From contig OX597834.1 of NCBI GenBank assembly GCA_951406725.2, forward strand, positions 31,496,001 through 31,560,000: a DNA stretch of 64,000 nucleotides, in the 5' to 3' direction. Source of the stretch: Octopus vulgaris (lineage: Eukaryota). Position 1 is the first letter of the stretch, and each line of letters starts with the position of its first letter. The notes under the pieces were generated by a model that made no database searches, had not been told where the DNA came from, and saw nothing but the letters and a program-made list of their open reading frames with translations. Made by a program: the position numbers and the translations under genes. Shown here one piece after another: positions 12,057 through 26,133 of the stretch.

Positions 12057-12087
<31 letters not shown>

Positions 12088-12495
12088 AATTTGCGAGGTG
12101 GTATGATGTGTGTCTTGCTGTGCAGCGTGCGCGCACGTGTGTCTGCGAGCCTGTGCAGTCAAGCGTGGAATCAGTGTGCTTGGTGGTGCATGCAAATGCA
12201 TATGCATGTATGTGTGCGCATTTGTATGTGTGTGTGTATGCGTTTTTAGTGTTGGTGCCTCAGCTTCTGTGTGCATGGTGTATGTGCGCATGTGTGTGTG
12301 CGTATGTGTGTGTGTGTGTGTGTGTGCGCCCGTGTGTGTGTATACAGTGTGTTTATTTTTTAGCATTGTGACTATTTTGAGTAAACACATGCACATACAC
12401 ATAAACGTACATATGTGCACAGACACACACACACATATTTATAAATAAGTGTATGAAACGTATGCTCTCATGATGTGTGTATGCATATGTTCATG

Positions 12496-12527
<32 letters not shown>

Positions 12528-12542
12528 TCTATACATATATAC

Positions 12543-12580
<38 letters not shown>

Positions 12581-12589
12581 CATCTATAC

Positions 12590-12626
<37 letters not shown>

Positions 12627-12636
12627 TATACATATG

Positions 12637-12738
<102 letters not shown>

Positions 12739-12903
12739 AAAGAGTGTTTGTTCGTTAGAACAAATATCCAAAGACTTGGAAAAGGAACTCATTACCAGTT
12801 TATAATGAAGTATATGAGTGTGTATGTGCATGCACGTGCATATATAATGCATATAGATGTGTAAATGTGTATAATTATGTGTATACATATGTATGTGTGT
12901 GTC

Positions 12904-12960
<57 letters not shown>

Positions 12961-13058
12961 TATATATGTATACATATACATATATTTCTATGTATATATA
13001 TGTATATATCAATACACATAAATCTATATCTATATTTATATGTGCGTATGTATGTATG

Positions 13059-13103
<45 letters not shown>

Positions 13104-13189
13104 GCTTTCAGTGCACAAAATCAATATAAATGTAAGAAATGTGTAAGCAGAAGGTTCAATAGTATATGTATATATATATATATCTACAT

Positions 13190-13254
<65 letters not shown>

Positions 13255-14513
13255 AATGTATAAATATATATATATATATCTGCATTTATATATACATATA
13301 CATATATATGTATACATGTATGTGTGTATATGTATATATATATATACACACACATACACACATGTCTGTGTGTGTATACATATGCATACACACTCATACA
13401 TTTTATGCAATTGTGTGGGTGGTCTGTTCTAAGTAAATTGGTTTATGTCATGCATGCATGTATTTGTGTATATACAAATATCTGCATGTGGGCATGCATG
13501 TGTATATATATGTATGTGTGCGTGTGTGTACATGTGAATGCACATATAACTGTATTTCCAAATTTGTATGTAGTGTGTACATGTGCATATGTTTGCATAT
13601 CTATGTATATACATGTATGTTTGTGTGTGTGTGTATGTGTTTGTGTATGGGTATTTGTGTGTATATTTATTTGTGAGCCTGTGTGGGCTGCAGAACTATG
13701 ATGTATTCCTTCCGTAGTGCCTGGAAATGGAGCCTGTTCCTTCTCTTGGACCACCCACCTCCCGTTACCACTGCTAACGCCTCCGACCCCACCACTGTCA
13801 GTCTCACCCCACCCCACCATGACCATCACCAGCATCTCCAGCACCCATCTATAACTACTGCAGCCACCACGACCACGACCACCATCACCATCATCGCTAT
13901 CACCATCTTCACCAGCGTCAGAACCACGGCAACCACCACCACTACCAACACCACCACCACCACCAACACTACCGCCACCACCACCACCATCATTTCCCAC
14001 TACAGCCACCACTAACTAAAAGTACCACAACCATCATAATCACCACCACTACCAACACCATCACCACCAACACTACCGCCACTACCACCATCATCTCCCA
14101 CTGCAGCCACTGCTAACTAAAAGTACCACAGCCATCATAATCACCATCACTACCACCACTTCTATACCACTCCGCACCCCACCCCAACCACCATGCCAAC
14201 CAACACCACCATCCCAACCACCTCCACCACCATCCCAACCTCCACCACCATCCCAACCACCACCACCACCACCCTATCACCCTTGATACCACAAAGAATT
14301 TTCTAGATTTCCAGGAGACAGATTATCAAAAAGTAGAAATATATGAATACCAAAGATAAAAAAAGACTATTTTGTTTTTCCCATATAACAATGGACCCGA
14401 TTCTTTCTTACCAATCTCACTGGTGCCTGTAAATGTTGTCATTGTTGATGTTGTTGTTTAGACCCCAAGTAAACTCTGATCAACCAGACTTATGATGACT
14501 CACCTGTGACCAG

Positions 14514-15085
14514 GTGTGGCTGTGTGGTAAGACGTTTGCTTCCCTAACATGTGGTTCCAGGTTCAGTCCCACTATTTCTCTTTCTCTTTTACTTGTTTCA
14601 GTCTTTTGACTGTGGCCAAGCTGGAGCACCGCCTTTAGTCGAGCAAATTGACCCCGGGACTTATTCTTTGTAAGCCCAGTACTTATTCTATCAGTCTCTT
14701 TTGCCGAACCGCTAAGTTCCGGTGACGTAAACACACCAGCATCGGTTGTCAAGCAATGTTAGGGGGACAAACACAGACACACAAAGATATACACACACAT
14801 ACATATATATACATATATACGACAGGCTTCTTTCAGTTTCTGTCTACCAAATCCACTCACAAGGCATTAGTCGGCCCAAGGCTATAGCAGAAGACACTTG
14901 CCCAAGATGCCACGCAGTGAGACTGAACCTGGAACCATGTGGTTGATAAGCAAGCTACTTACTACACAGCCACTCCTACGCCTATGTGGCACTTTGGCAA
15001 TGTGGTTTTTCTACTATAGCTCTGGGCTGGCCAAAGCCTTGTGAAAAGATTTCGTAGATGAAAACTGAAAGAAGCCTGTTATATA
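14514..15085 (+). mobile_element. Older SINE family A 5' half, split by an antiparallel younger copy
   Basis: The head ...GGTTCAGTCCCACTAT ends at ~14575 and resumes as TATGTGGCACTTTGGCAA at ~14983. Confidence 0.75.
14576..14982 (-). mobile_element. Full-length tRNA-derived SINE family A (CORE-like), young copy
   Basis: Minus strand: A box TGGCTGTGTAG, B box GGTTCAGTC, CORE-like CTTGGGCAAGT, internal TA/TG microsatellite, and tail GGCGGTGCTCCAGC..GACTGAAACAAGTAAAA. Nearly identical to the 41.6 and 44.6 kb copies. Confidence 0.9.
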
Positions 15086-15429
15086 TATAATCCCTTGCTC
15101 ACATGCCTGTACCATTCAAAGGCTTTGATTGGTTATAAAAAGATATAACTGATGAAAGTAGCATCAATTTTTTAAGTTGTTTAATTTTTCTTAACCAGTC
15201 AATGGGCTGATTTTAGGGAGTGTGCTCCCTCACCCTTGCAATCCCTGTTCCCAAACCTAAGCGTCTGTCTGTCTACTCTTCTCTCTCTCTCACTATCTAT
15301 TTATCTATCTATCTGTTTATGTGTGTTAACATATTTCTGTGTCTGCGTCTGAGGAGAGGGAAAGTATTTGTCAATCATGTTCAGTTAATAAACTGTAATG
15401 TCCCTCTCCCTGCTCTTTTTCTCTCTGTC

Positions 15430-15477
<48 letters not shown>

Positions 15478-15543
15478 TGTATGTGTATACTTCTGTGCAA
15501 TCATGTGCACATGTGTGTGTGTGTATGTGTGTGTGTGCGTGTG

Positions 15544-15574
<31 letters not shown>

Positions 15575-17663
15575 ATGCCTCAAGTGCCAAAATGTACTAT
15601 GGCCAAAAGAGGTTCAATATTCAGGCAGCAATGCCAAAGCGCCTGCATCCAAACAATCACATCTAACCTTTCCATTCCAATTTTTCCTACCCCTATTTTT
15701 AAAGACAGCTAGGTGTGATTTGAGGGAGATTTGGCTTCTATTTCTAGAGGGTTGGGATACTGGCTGTAGGCACCTTTGTTTTCTCACTTAGCACCAATAT
15801 ATGTTTTGTAGCCAGCCTAGCTGCCATAGAAGATATCTCCCCCCCTGCTTACCAAGAAGATTAATTTATCTGTTAGTGCAATTAAACATTGATTTGTTAA
15901 TTAGCAATTCAGTTCATGAGGCTGTTTCTACTAACCGTGCTGCCTGCAGATAAATGCACAGATACACAGATAAGCATATGTAAACACTTTATACATACAC
16001 ATACATGCATGCACACACAGATTCAAATATACATGCATGCACACACATACACACAAACATAGACAAGACACAAACATTATAGACACACTCACGCACATAC
16101 ACACACGCACACACACACTCATTCACATGTGCGCATGCATGCACAATTTGAGCTCTACTTGATCCTCTCACACATCTCTATCAGTCTCTTGGTCCTTTGT
16201 TGACCACCATTCTCTTCCTTGAGCTTTACGAGTACACATACACACACACACATGCACACACACACTCACATACACACACACATACACAAGTACACACACA
16301 CATATCTCTATCACTTACTTGATCCTTTGTTGGTGACCATCTTTTTCCTTGAACCCTACATAGATACACACACACACAACATAGAAACACATCCACATAC
16401 AAACATACATATACATTCTCTCTCTCTCTCTCTTTCTCTTTGTCTCTCTCTCTCTTTCTCTCTCTCCCTCTCTCTCTCTCTCATATACACATTCTAGCTC
16501 TTAGCATGATCCTTACACATCTTTAGCTCTTTGCCTGATCTTCTCACACCTCTACCTCTTCTGCCCCCATTTGATCTGACATACACCACCATCTCTCTTT
16601 GATCCTTCATACACAACCATTATTTTCTTGAGCCTTACACACACACACTCTCTCTTTCTCTCCCTCTCCCCCTCTCTCTCTATTTTTCTCTCTCTCACAC
16701 ATCTTACCAGATCTTTCATAAGCCACCTTCTATTTCCTTAATCTTTACACAACCCTCTGCAGCTTGCCTTGATCCATCATATGCAAGCATCTTTTTCCTT
16801 GAATCTTAAACACACACACTCTGTCTCATACACACACACACACTCACATATACACACACACACATGCATACACACACAAGCCTATACCCCTCTTTTGATC
16901 TTACATACATTGTCATCTCTTCCCTTAATCGTTACTGACTCCACTGATATTTTCCTCAAACCATCTCATTCCTCGTGCCTTACACACACACTTACTCAGA
17001 GACACAAAACTCTCACTCACACACATGCTCACACATTCACACAAACACACACACACATCTCCAGCTCTTTGCTTGATCCTCACATATGAAGGGGAAAAAT
17101 TTTGTACCAAGAAATAACCTTAAATTGAATACACTTCTTCAAACTTAGTTTACTGGGCATTACAGACAGCTAGGGTGCCTTTGAAATTAACATATAAAGT
17201 TCCCTATTTCTTATTTCAAATGAAATATCATTTTACCTTTTTAATACTATTTTGTTATATACAAATGTTATTTAGATGTAATATATTTAATTTTTGGGTA
17301 CAGCACATTCAGTTTCAATACCACCATCTATATATTTATTTTACGATTGTTTTAGGGGTTATTTTTGTCGATCGCAAATTCTTTGAGAAGATCAAATATA
17401 GCACTAACCGAATCTTTTGACTTACAAGAATGAAGCAACAGAACCTTATCGTATTGCAAGAGCTTTGTGAGAGACATTTCCTGAGTTAGCGTTGGATCTG
17501 GTTGAATGTAATGTTCAGATTCAGCGAAACCGCTGACCTTGTAGTGGACAGAGATAAATGACGAAACCTGATTGGTCTGTGTTGAGTGCACAACATCTAT
17601 CAGGTTGTGATTGCATTGTGGGATACTTCTTTTGATAAAAGAGGTAAAGGATCTCATTTATCT

Positions 17664-18131
17664 TCAATTTTCTATTTATTGCAGTCATTGGACTGCGGCC
17701 ATGCTGGGGCACTGCCATAAATGGTTTGGTTGAATAAATCAAGCCCAGAACATGCTTTTTTTTCCTAACACTGATACTTAGTCTATCAGTCTTCTATGCC
17801 GAATTGCTAAGTTGCAGAAATGTTAACAAACCAACACCAGTTGTCAAGGGGTGTGGGAGATACACACACAAACACACACACACAAATGCATATACACACA
17901 CAAACACAAACACACACACATACACACACATAGACAAACACACAGATACACACTCACACACATAGACACAGACACACAAATGCATTTACACACACAAACA
18001 CACCACACACACAAACACAGACACATACTCACAGACACACACACATAGACACACACACACACACACACATTGGCACATGTGTGGCTATGTGGCAAGAGGC
18101 TTTGCTTCTCAACCACTGATGAAACCTTCTG

Positions 18132-18172
<41 letters not shown>

Positions 18173-18597
18173 ACCTATGTAATGCAGACCTATGTAATGC
18201 GTTTGTCTCTTGACAAACTGGCATTGGTTTGTTTATGTCCCCATTACTTAGCAGTTCAGCAAAAGATACTGACAGAATAAGTACCTGGCTTTCAGGCTTT
18301 GAAAACAAAAAAACCACTGCACTGGGGTTGATTTATTCGACTAAGCTTTTCGTTGCAATGCCCCAGCATGGCCACAGTTCAGTAACTGAGATAAGTAAAA
18401 ACTAAAAGACAAAAGAAAAGATGTTGATGAAAGGCTTCCACATAGTTTTCATTTACCGAATTCACATGCTAAGCATAGGTCAGCCTGGTCTAGGGCTATA
18501 GTAGAAGATACTTGCCCAAGGTACCACACAATGGGACTGAACCCTTGAAACACGTGGCTGCAAAAAGCAAGCTTCTTAACCACACAGCCATGCCTGC
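17664..18597. mobile_element. Cluster of diverged family A SINE pieces in both orientations
   Basis: Minus tail ~17664-17850, plus head ~18071, plus tail ~18200-18420, minus head ~18430-18597. Confidence 0.7.
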
Positions 18598-18676
18598 TGA
18601 AGAATGGCGAAAGCAAGAATGCGTATGTGTAAGTACACGTATATATGTGTGTATGTATGTACATGTATCTATATGT

Positions 18677-18723
<47 letters not shown>

Positions 18724-19267
18724 GGTGTGTGTGTGCCTCAATGAAATATCTTTACATACAGACACATGCAGACACATGCAAGGACACACAGACACATGTA
18801 TGACACACCAGTTTTCCTTGAACTTCCATACACAGGCAACTCTGTCTTTGATCTGTTAGCATACACCGTCACCGGCGCCATCTACCTTGATCCTTCGTAC
18901 ACCCCGACACTCGCGTCTTTCCCTTTGATCCATTACAAACACTTACACACTCTCTCCTCTCTGTTCATCTCTTCCAGAATTTAATGTGACAATATATCGC
19001 AGGATGTTCCTATTAACAATATATCAGCCTACATGCACACACACACACACAAATGTGTGTGTGTCTGTGTGTGTACATATATATATAAATATATGTGTGT
19101 GTGTGTGTATGCATATATATATATGTATATACCTATGTAAATATATATGTATTTGTATGTGTACATATATGTATATGTATAAATATGTATAGTTATATAC
19201 ATATATGTATATATATATATATATATATGTATGTATAAATATATGCAATAACACAGACACATGCATG

Positions 19268-19311
<44 letters not shown>

Positions 19312-19353
19312 TATATACACACACAATATATATATATATATATATATATTTAA

Positions 19354-19398
<45 letters not shown>

Positions 19399-19812
19399 TA
19401 TACATGTATATAATATATATATATATATTTATATGTATTTATATGTATATATATATTTATATATACATATATATGTATATATACAGACATATATTTATGC
19501 ATATATATACATATGTATATATATGTAATATATATATCTGAGTGTATATATATATCCACTAAAATATCGTCTCATATATCTACAATGTATCTATAAATGT
19601 AACAATTAATAAACAAATCCCTGTTTTTAAATATATATCGACCCTGTGTATATGCCGATACCATCCATATATATAAATATATATATTGCATAACCCTATC
19701 TCCCCACTTGTCTATCACTGTATGTATCTATATATCTTACTATACATTTGTTAAAATATGTATATGCACACATATACACACACATGTATATATATGTATA
19801 TATATATATATA

Positions 19813-20093
19813 TCATCATCATCATCATCATCATCGTTTAACGTCCGTTTTCCATGCTAGCATGGGTTGGACGGTTCAACTGGTGTGGGAAGCCAGAAGG
19901 CTGCGCCAGGCCCAGTCTGATCTGGCAGTGTTTCTACAGCTGGATGCCCTTCCTAACGCCAACCACTCCGAGAGTGTAGTGGGTGCTTTTTATGTGCCAC
20001 CTGCACAGGTGCCAGACGAGGCTGGCAAACGGCCACGATCAGATGGTGCTTTTTACGTGCCACCTGCACGGGGGCCAGACGAGGCTGGCAACG

Positions 20094-20097
<4 letters not shown>
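19813..20097 (-). mobile_element. Family B '(GAT)n-tail' retroposon, young, with two internal ~63-bp repeat units
   Basis: Near-identical to 40937-41220. Minus strand GGCGTTAGGAAGGGCATCCAGC...GGACGTTAAAC(GAT)n. Confidence 0.85.
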
Positions 20098-20181
<84 letters not shown>

Positions 20182-20327
20182 TGGAGAGAGAGAGAGAGAA
20201 AGATACTCATAGCTGCTTCATAATGTTACCCAGGGTTTCATGCCCTTAAGGTGCTTAGCTTTACATATATTGGATGGTATGGAAAAGTTCCCAGAGTAGT
20301 TATGTTTAATAAAAAATAACTTATCTA

Positions 20328-21255
20328 TTAGGTTGTTCTGAAATTAATGGCCATTTTCAGAAACATAAATTTATTTGGGAAAAATTAACACTAGAAATAT
20401 TTTGATTAGTCAAAGTATGAGCCGTGAACATTTATGCATCTCTGCCATCAATCAACGAGATTATCTATGCTTCATTGATGAAAACTTATTGGCTTTGATG
20501 CTCAGAAATCTTTGAATACTAATTCCACCTCTAGTTTGGACCTGAAAGTTTTATCACTTAAAAACTTGTTTAAATGCTTTAAAAAATGGTAGTCAATGGG
20601 GGAAAGATTAGGAGAATATGGAGGATGTGGTAAAGTCCCGTATCCCAAGACTATGAGTTTCTGCAGCATCATTCTTGCAACATGTGGCTTTGTATTATCA
20701 TGGAGCAGACCACCAGACAGTCACCATAATCTTTTGCTGATGCAACTTTAGCTTTGGGAAATGTTTGGGTGACTCATCACAATCAAGCCATTGACCATTT
20801 CTGGTTATCATAAAGGATCCACTTTTCATCACAAGTGACTATTCGGTCAAGAAAAGGAACATTGGTGTTTCACAGAAAGAGCATCAAGAACACTTCAAAA
20901 TGCCGAACCTTTTGATTTTCATTGAGCTCATGTGGTGCCCATTTATCAAGATTTTCTTCACCTTACCAATCTTCTGCAGATTGCGTGAGACTGTTGCAAT
21001 ACTGACACCAAGTGCCTGAGACATTTCTCTAACACTTTGACGTGGGTTTTGTTCAACAATTGCTTTCATTTCTTCATTGTCAAGATAGCATGATCATCCT
21101 TGACCTTCTTCATCTTCAAGGCTCTCATCACCACTATGGAATTTATGAAGCCATCTTTGTACTGTGTGATCACTTGTGGACCTCTGTTGATATTGGCAGC
21201 AGTTTGGGAGACATTGTGCCCAAGCTTGAACTCATGCAAGAAAAGTAAGCATAAT
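20328..21255 (-). mobile_element. Decayed mariner (Hsmar1/cecropia-like) DNA transposon; transposase pseudogene ~21255-20406
   Basis: Minus peptides LFLHEFKLGHN, KAIVEQNPRQSVREMSQALGVSIATVSRNLQKIGKVKK, PFLDRIVTCDEKWILYDN, LPHPPYSPNLSPIDYHFF and WQRCINVHGSYFD*. One TIR-like end, TA|TTAGGTTGTTCTGAAATTAATGGCC, at 20328. Frameshifts and deletions present. Confidence 0.93.
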
Positions 21256-21537
21256 TCCCAGGAGGGTTGTAAAGTTACAGTTCTCAGGCACCACCTCCAT
21301 AGGGCCATATGAGAAGCAACCATTAGACTTTCCAGCTGGATTCCCAAGCATGACAAATGGTGATTATGAATATTATCCAACTATCTCGTTCTTGGTCTAC
21401 CCTGGGTCTGCTGCTGATTGGCTCAACACAAAGAATCTGTCTTGTGGTTCCTGTGATGTTCTACGTAGAGATAGATGAAATACCACGAAGTATTTTGCTT
21501 GGCAGGATAATGATTCTGCCAACACACTACTGTAATA

Positions 21538-21584
<47 letters not shown>

Positions 21585-21596
21585 AATAATAATAAT

Positions 21597-21955
21597 AATG
21601 TGAAGATAATAGATGTTGCAATACCAGGCAAACAGAAAAAATTGAGAAATACCAGCCACTGTGGGATGAGATAGGAAAGTTATGGGGCATGAGGAAAGTA
21701 ATAGTGATACCAGTGGTAATTGGAGCATTAGGAGCAGTTTCCGAGGGCTTTGAAAAACATATTAAGAATATTGGAGCTGCCATCAGGCTCGAAGTGATCC
21801 AGAAGACAGGATTGTTGGGTACAGTTCACATTCTACGGAGAGTACTGTCTCTTTGAGCCATAGGAGAAAGCACTACTTGAAACCTTTGGTGATTTGTTAT
21901 TGCCTGCTTTCAGGTAAAGAACAACCGGTAATTAAGAACTATCCGAGAAGCTTTC

Positions 21956-21956
<1 letters not shown>
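21597..21956 (+). pseudogene. 3' end of a Dong/R4-clade non-LTR retrotransposon (restriction-like endonuclease), followed by (TAA)n
   Basis: KIIDVAIPG / IEKYQPLWDEIGKLWGMRKVIVIPVVIGALGAVSEGFEKHIKNIGAAIRLEVIQKTGLLGTVHILRRVLSL* (stop 21854-21856). (TAA)n on both sides. Confidence 0.85.
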
Positions 21957-22003
<47 letters not shown>

Positions 22004-22137
22004 GTTTCAAATTTTGACATAGGGCCAGCAATTTTAGGGGAGGGTTAAGTCGATTACATTGAACTCCCCCTCACCCCCACCCCAGTACTCAACTTATTTT
22101 GAGGCAAAGTCAACTGCACAGAATTTGAACTTTACTT

Positions 22138-22467
22138 AGCAGAATGATCAGGGTGAGTTTTCCGATCTGCCATACCTTCATAATCACCATTAGACTCATC
22201 CAACTATTTCCGAATCCTCTGCACTGTCCTCAAATTGACACCCAAACACTCTGAAAAGTTCCTTTTGGAGCTTCCAGCATAAATGCCAACCAATACAGCA
22301 TGTCGTTTCAAAATTTCTGGCAGAGTGAATTGCATCAAGGTGCTGTTTTTCGCACAGATGGTGCCCAACTGACCCTACTATACTGTGTAGTTAACAAAAT
22401 CAAAAACAAACAATGTGTATGCATGAAATAAAAATTATAAAATGGCAGCAATTTACCTGTCACACTT

Positions 22468-22470
<3 letters not shown>
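22138..22470 (-). mobile_element. 5' fragment of a Tc1/mariner-superfamily transposon (TIR-like end plus N-terminal HTH)
   Basis: From the ATG at 22335: MQFTLPEILKRHAVLVGIYAGSSKRNFSECLGVNLRTVQRIRK*LDESNGDYEGMADRKTH. Terminal sequence CAAAGTGTGACAGGTAAATTGCTGCC. Confidence 0.65.
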
Positions 22471-22524
<54 letters not shown>

Positions 22525-23254
22525 ATATATATGTATATGTTTGTGTATCTGTGTTTGTCCCTCCACTATCCCTTGACAACCAATGCTGGTGTGTTTACAT
22601 CCCCGTAACTTAGCAGTTTGGCAAAAGAGACCAATAGAATAAGTACTAGGCTTACAATGAATAAGTCCTGGCTAACACCTATTAAGGTGGTGCTCCAGCA
22701 TGGAGACAGTCAAATAACTGAAATAAATAAAAGAATAAAAGAAAATACACACACGCACACACTCACACACACACACATATGTATATATGTGTGTGTGTGT
22801 GTGTGTGTACATACATGCATATATATGCACACAATGAGCTTTCACACAGTTTCTGTCTATCAAATTCAGTCAGAAGGTATTGTTCAGCCCATGGCTATAG
22901 TAGCAGACACTTGCCCAAGGTGCTATGAAGTGAGGCTCAAACCAAAATCATGTGGTTTCAAGCAAGTTTCTGAACCCCACGGCTATGTCTGCACCTTTAT
23001 ATTTGAAATGCATAATATATATATATATATATATACATATATGTGTGTGTGTGTTTCAGACATATACATGCAGTAACATAAGCACATGCATTCCTACACA
23101 GCTACCCTACACAGTTATTCTAAACACATATCTACCCTGACATATCTACCCAAAACACAGCAGATAAACTGTCCATGTTCATTGACTGATGATTCGACAA
23201 CATACTGTGAAGGATGCTAACCTTACTTTTCACAATACACACACACACATATAT

Positions 23255-23315
<61 letters not shown>

Positions 23316-23755
23316 AGTATTGTATGTGCTTATTTTGGCGTGGGTATATATGAGGTTGTATGTAGATACAGTTGTGTTTGCGGGTACATGCGTGTATGTA
23401 TGTACAGCGCACATGTGTGCGTGTACGTATATGCACATCAAAGACATTGCACCATCGTTATCTTCGTCATCGTCATCACCGTCATCATCATCATCATCAT
23501 CATCGTCATCATCACCATCATCATCGGCGGCGGCATCTTCTTCATCAATATTCTCTTCAATTTAATTTCCTTTTTTTTTTTTTGCCTTCTTCCTCTGCTG
23601 CCATAGGTTGGACAGATGCATAGACGCAGTCACATAAACACACACATGCACATGTGTGCGTGTGTGTGTGTGTGTATGCGTGTGTGCATGTGTGTGTGCA
23701 TGTGGGAATATGTATGAGTCTGTGGGGCATATATAAGTATATATAAGCATGTATT

Positions 23756-23786
<31 letters not shown>

Positions 23787-23846
23787 GTATGTATGTATGT
23801 ACACATACACACACACACATGCATATATATATACATATATACATAC

Positions 23847-23892
<46 letters not shown>

Positions 23893-23985
23893 TGTATATG
23901 CATATAAGTATGTATATATGTATATGTATGTATATATAGATAACATTTAATGTACATTTACACATACATATATATATATATATAT

Positions 23986-24025
<40 letters not shown>

Positions 24026-24316
24026 GCACATGTATATATATATATATGTATATATGCATGTGTTATGTCTAAACGGATGTGTGTGGTGTGAGAGAGGGGA
24101 GAGAAAGACAGAGTATGTGTCTGAGCGCATGTGTGTGTTAGTGTGAGTGTGTGTGTGTGCGTGTGTCAACTGCAATATGGAGAGAATATGGAATGAAGAA
24201 TAATATATTTCCCAACATCCATCTTTGAATTTATTGATTTCTCTCCTGCATTTCCTGCGGATTGGTGCTGAGCGAGTTCCACATTCTGGCAGATAGCTCT
24301 CTCTCTCTCTCTCCCC

Positions 24317-24347
<31 letters not shown>

Positions 24348-24728
24348 ACTCTCTTAAAGGGTAGAGGATGCAAAGAAGAGGACAAATGCAGTGATGGCAG
24401 TGGCGATGAAGGAGGAAAGAGAGAAAAGTGTTGGGTGGGGTGGGGGTGGGCGTGGGTGAGAAGGTGATGTCTGGCGGTGGAGAGGGGGATCAGAGAGGCG
24501 GCGGCGGTAGCAGTGGTGGCGTTGGCGTCCTTGGTGGCGATGGTGGCGGCGGTGGTGTCGATGGAGAAGAAGTTGAACTGTCAAAACCACACATAAAATA
24601 TTGTGAAATGCTAAAAGAAAACCACACAATGAAGGTAACATGTGCGGTCACATACATACACATACATACACATACATACATACACATACTCATGCCCTTA
24701 TAGCTATCCATCCATTCATTATTCACCT

Positions 24729-24779
<51 letters not shown>

Positions 24780-24873
24780 ATATGTTCATTTTTATATATA
24801 TATATAATACATTGATATATGTATATATGCATATGTATGTGTATGTATAATAATAATAATAATGAATTTATTG

Positions 24874-24922
<49 letters not shown>

Positions 24923-25012
24923 TGTATATATATTGTATATATATATCATCATATATCATATATTATATAATATTATATATATTATATTACATATCTTTAT
25001 ATATACATATAC

Positions 25013-25063
<51 letters not shown>

Positions 25064-25168
25064 TACACATGTATACACATACATATACTTATTTTTTATA
25101 TAGATTATATATTATAATATGTGTGTATATACATATGTATGTATATATATATATGCATATATATATAT

Positions 25169-25219
<51 letters not shown>

Positions 25220-25233
25220 AGTATATAAAGTTC

Positions 25234-25523
25234 CAACAATGCTGTGAAATCACAAGTAAGATGTCTTTGATGGAACTGCAAGAATTGTACCAATTTTTAG
25301 GCACACACACTCAGACACAACACATACACATGCCTACATTAACACAAGCACACACACAGAGACACACATATATATAAATACATACATACACAAACATAGA
25401 AAGATCCACTCACACACTTTTATACAGAAACACACACACTCACATATATATGTTTATGATATCTACATAGGCAGCCCTCTCACTATGTGTATGTATCAAT
25501 CTTTTATCTGACTCTGTGTGTGA

Positions 25524-25554
<31 letters not shown>

Positions 25555-25624
25555 TGTGTGTGAAGTGATACAGTTTCTCCAGTTCCATCAAAGACATCTT
25601 ACTTGTGATTTTACAGTATTGTTG
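25234..25624. other. 45-bp inverted repeat (25234-25278 / 25580-25624), predicted long dsRNA stem
   Basis: 43/45 complementary, with a weaker ~15-bp inward extension. The spacer has a CA-rich left part and a TG-rich right part. Confidence 0.9.
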
Positions 25625-25635
25625 TTGCTTAATGA
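25603..25635 (-). CDS. Candidate 33-nt microexon of an unidentified minus-strand gene
   Basis: acttccagtcttgcAG|TCATTAAGCAACAACAATACTGTAAAATCACAA|GTAAGA. Length is a multiple of 3; open in phase 0 (SLSNNNTVKSQ) and phase 1 (xIKQQQYCKITx). Confidence 0.4.
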
Positions 25636-25946
25636 CTGCAAGACTGGAAGTGTACAATAGTGTGTCATACATACATATATATACATATATACATATATAC
25701 ATATATACATATATACATATATATATCATCATCATTATCATGATATATATATATATATGTATATATGTATATATGTATATACATATATATATATATAGAT
25801 AGATAGATAGATAGAAATAAATAGATATCTGTGCATGCATATACATAATACATAATATATAATGTACATATACATATATATGTATGTATATATATATATA
25901 TATATATATATACATACACACACACACACATACATATATATCTATT

Positions 25947-25983
<37 letters not shown>

Positions 25984-26038
25984 GAACTGGATCTAAAATT
26001 ACTTTCTGTCTCTGTTTTCATATATGTATATATATGCT

Positions 26039-26133
<95 letters not shown>

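Noticed and set aside
17352-17657. Minus ORF as an L1/Tx1 reverse transcriptase (KLLQYDKVLL...SVSAIFDLLKEF)
   Set aside because: It lacks the YADD catalytic motif and the flanking RT motifs; the resemblance is too weak.
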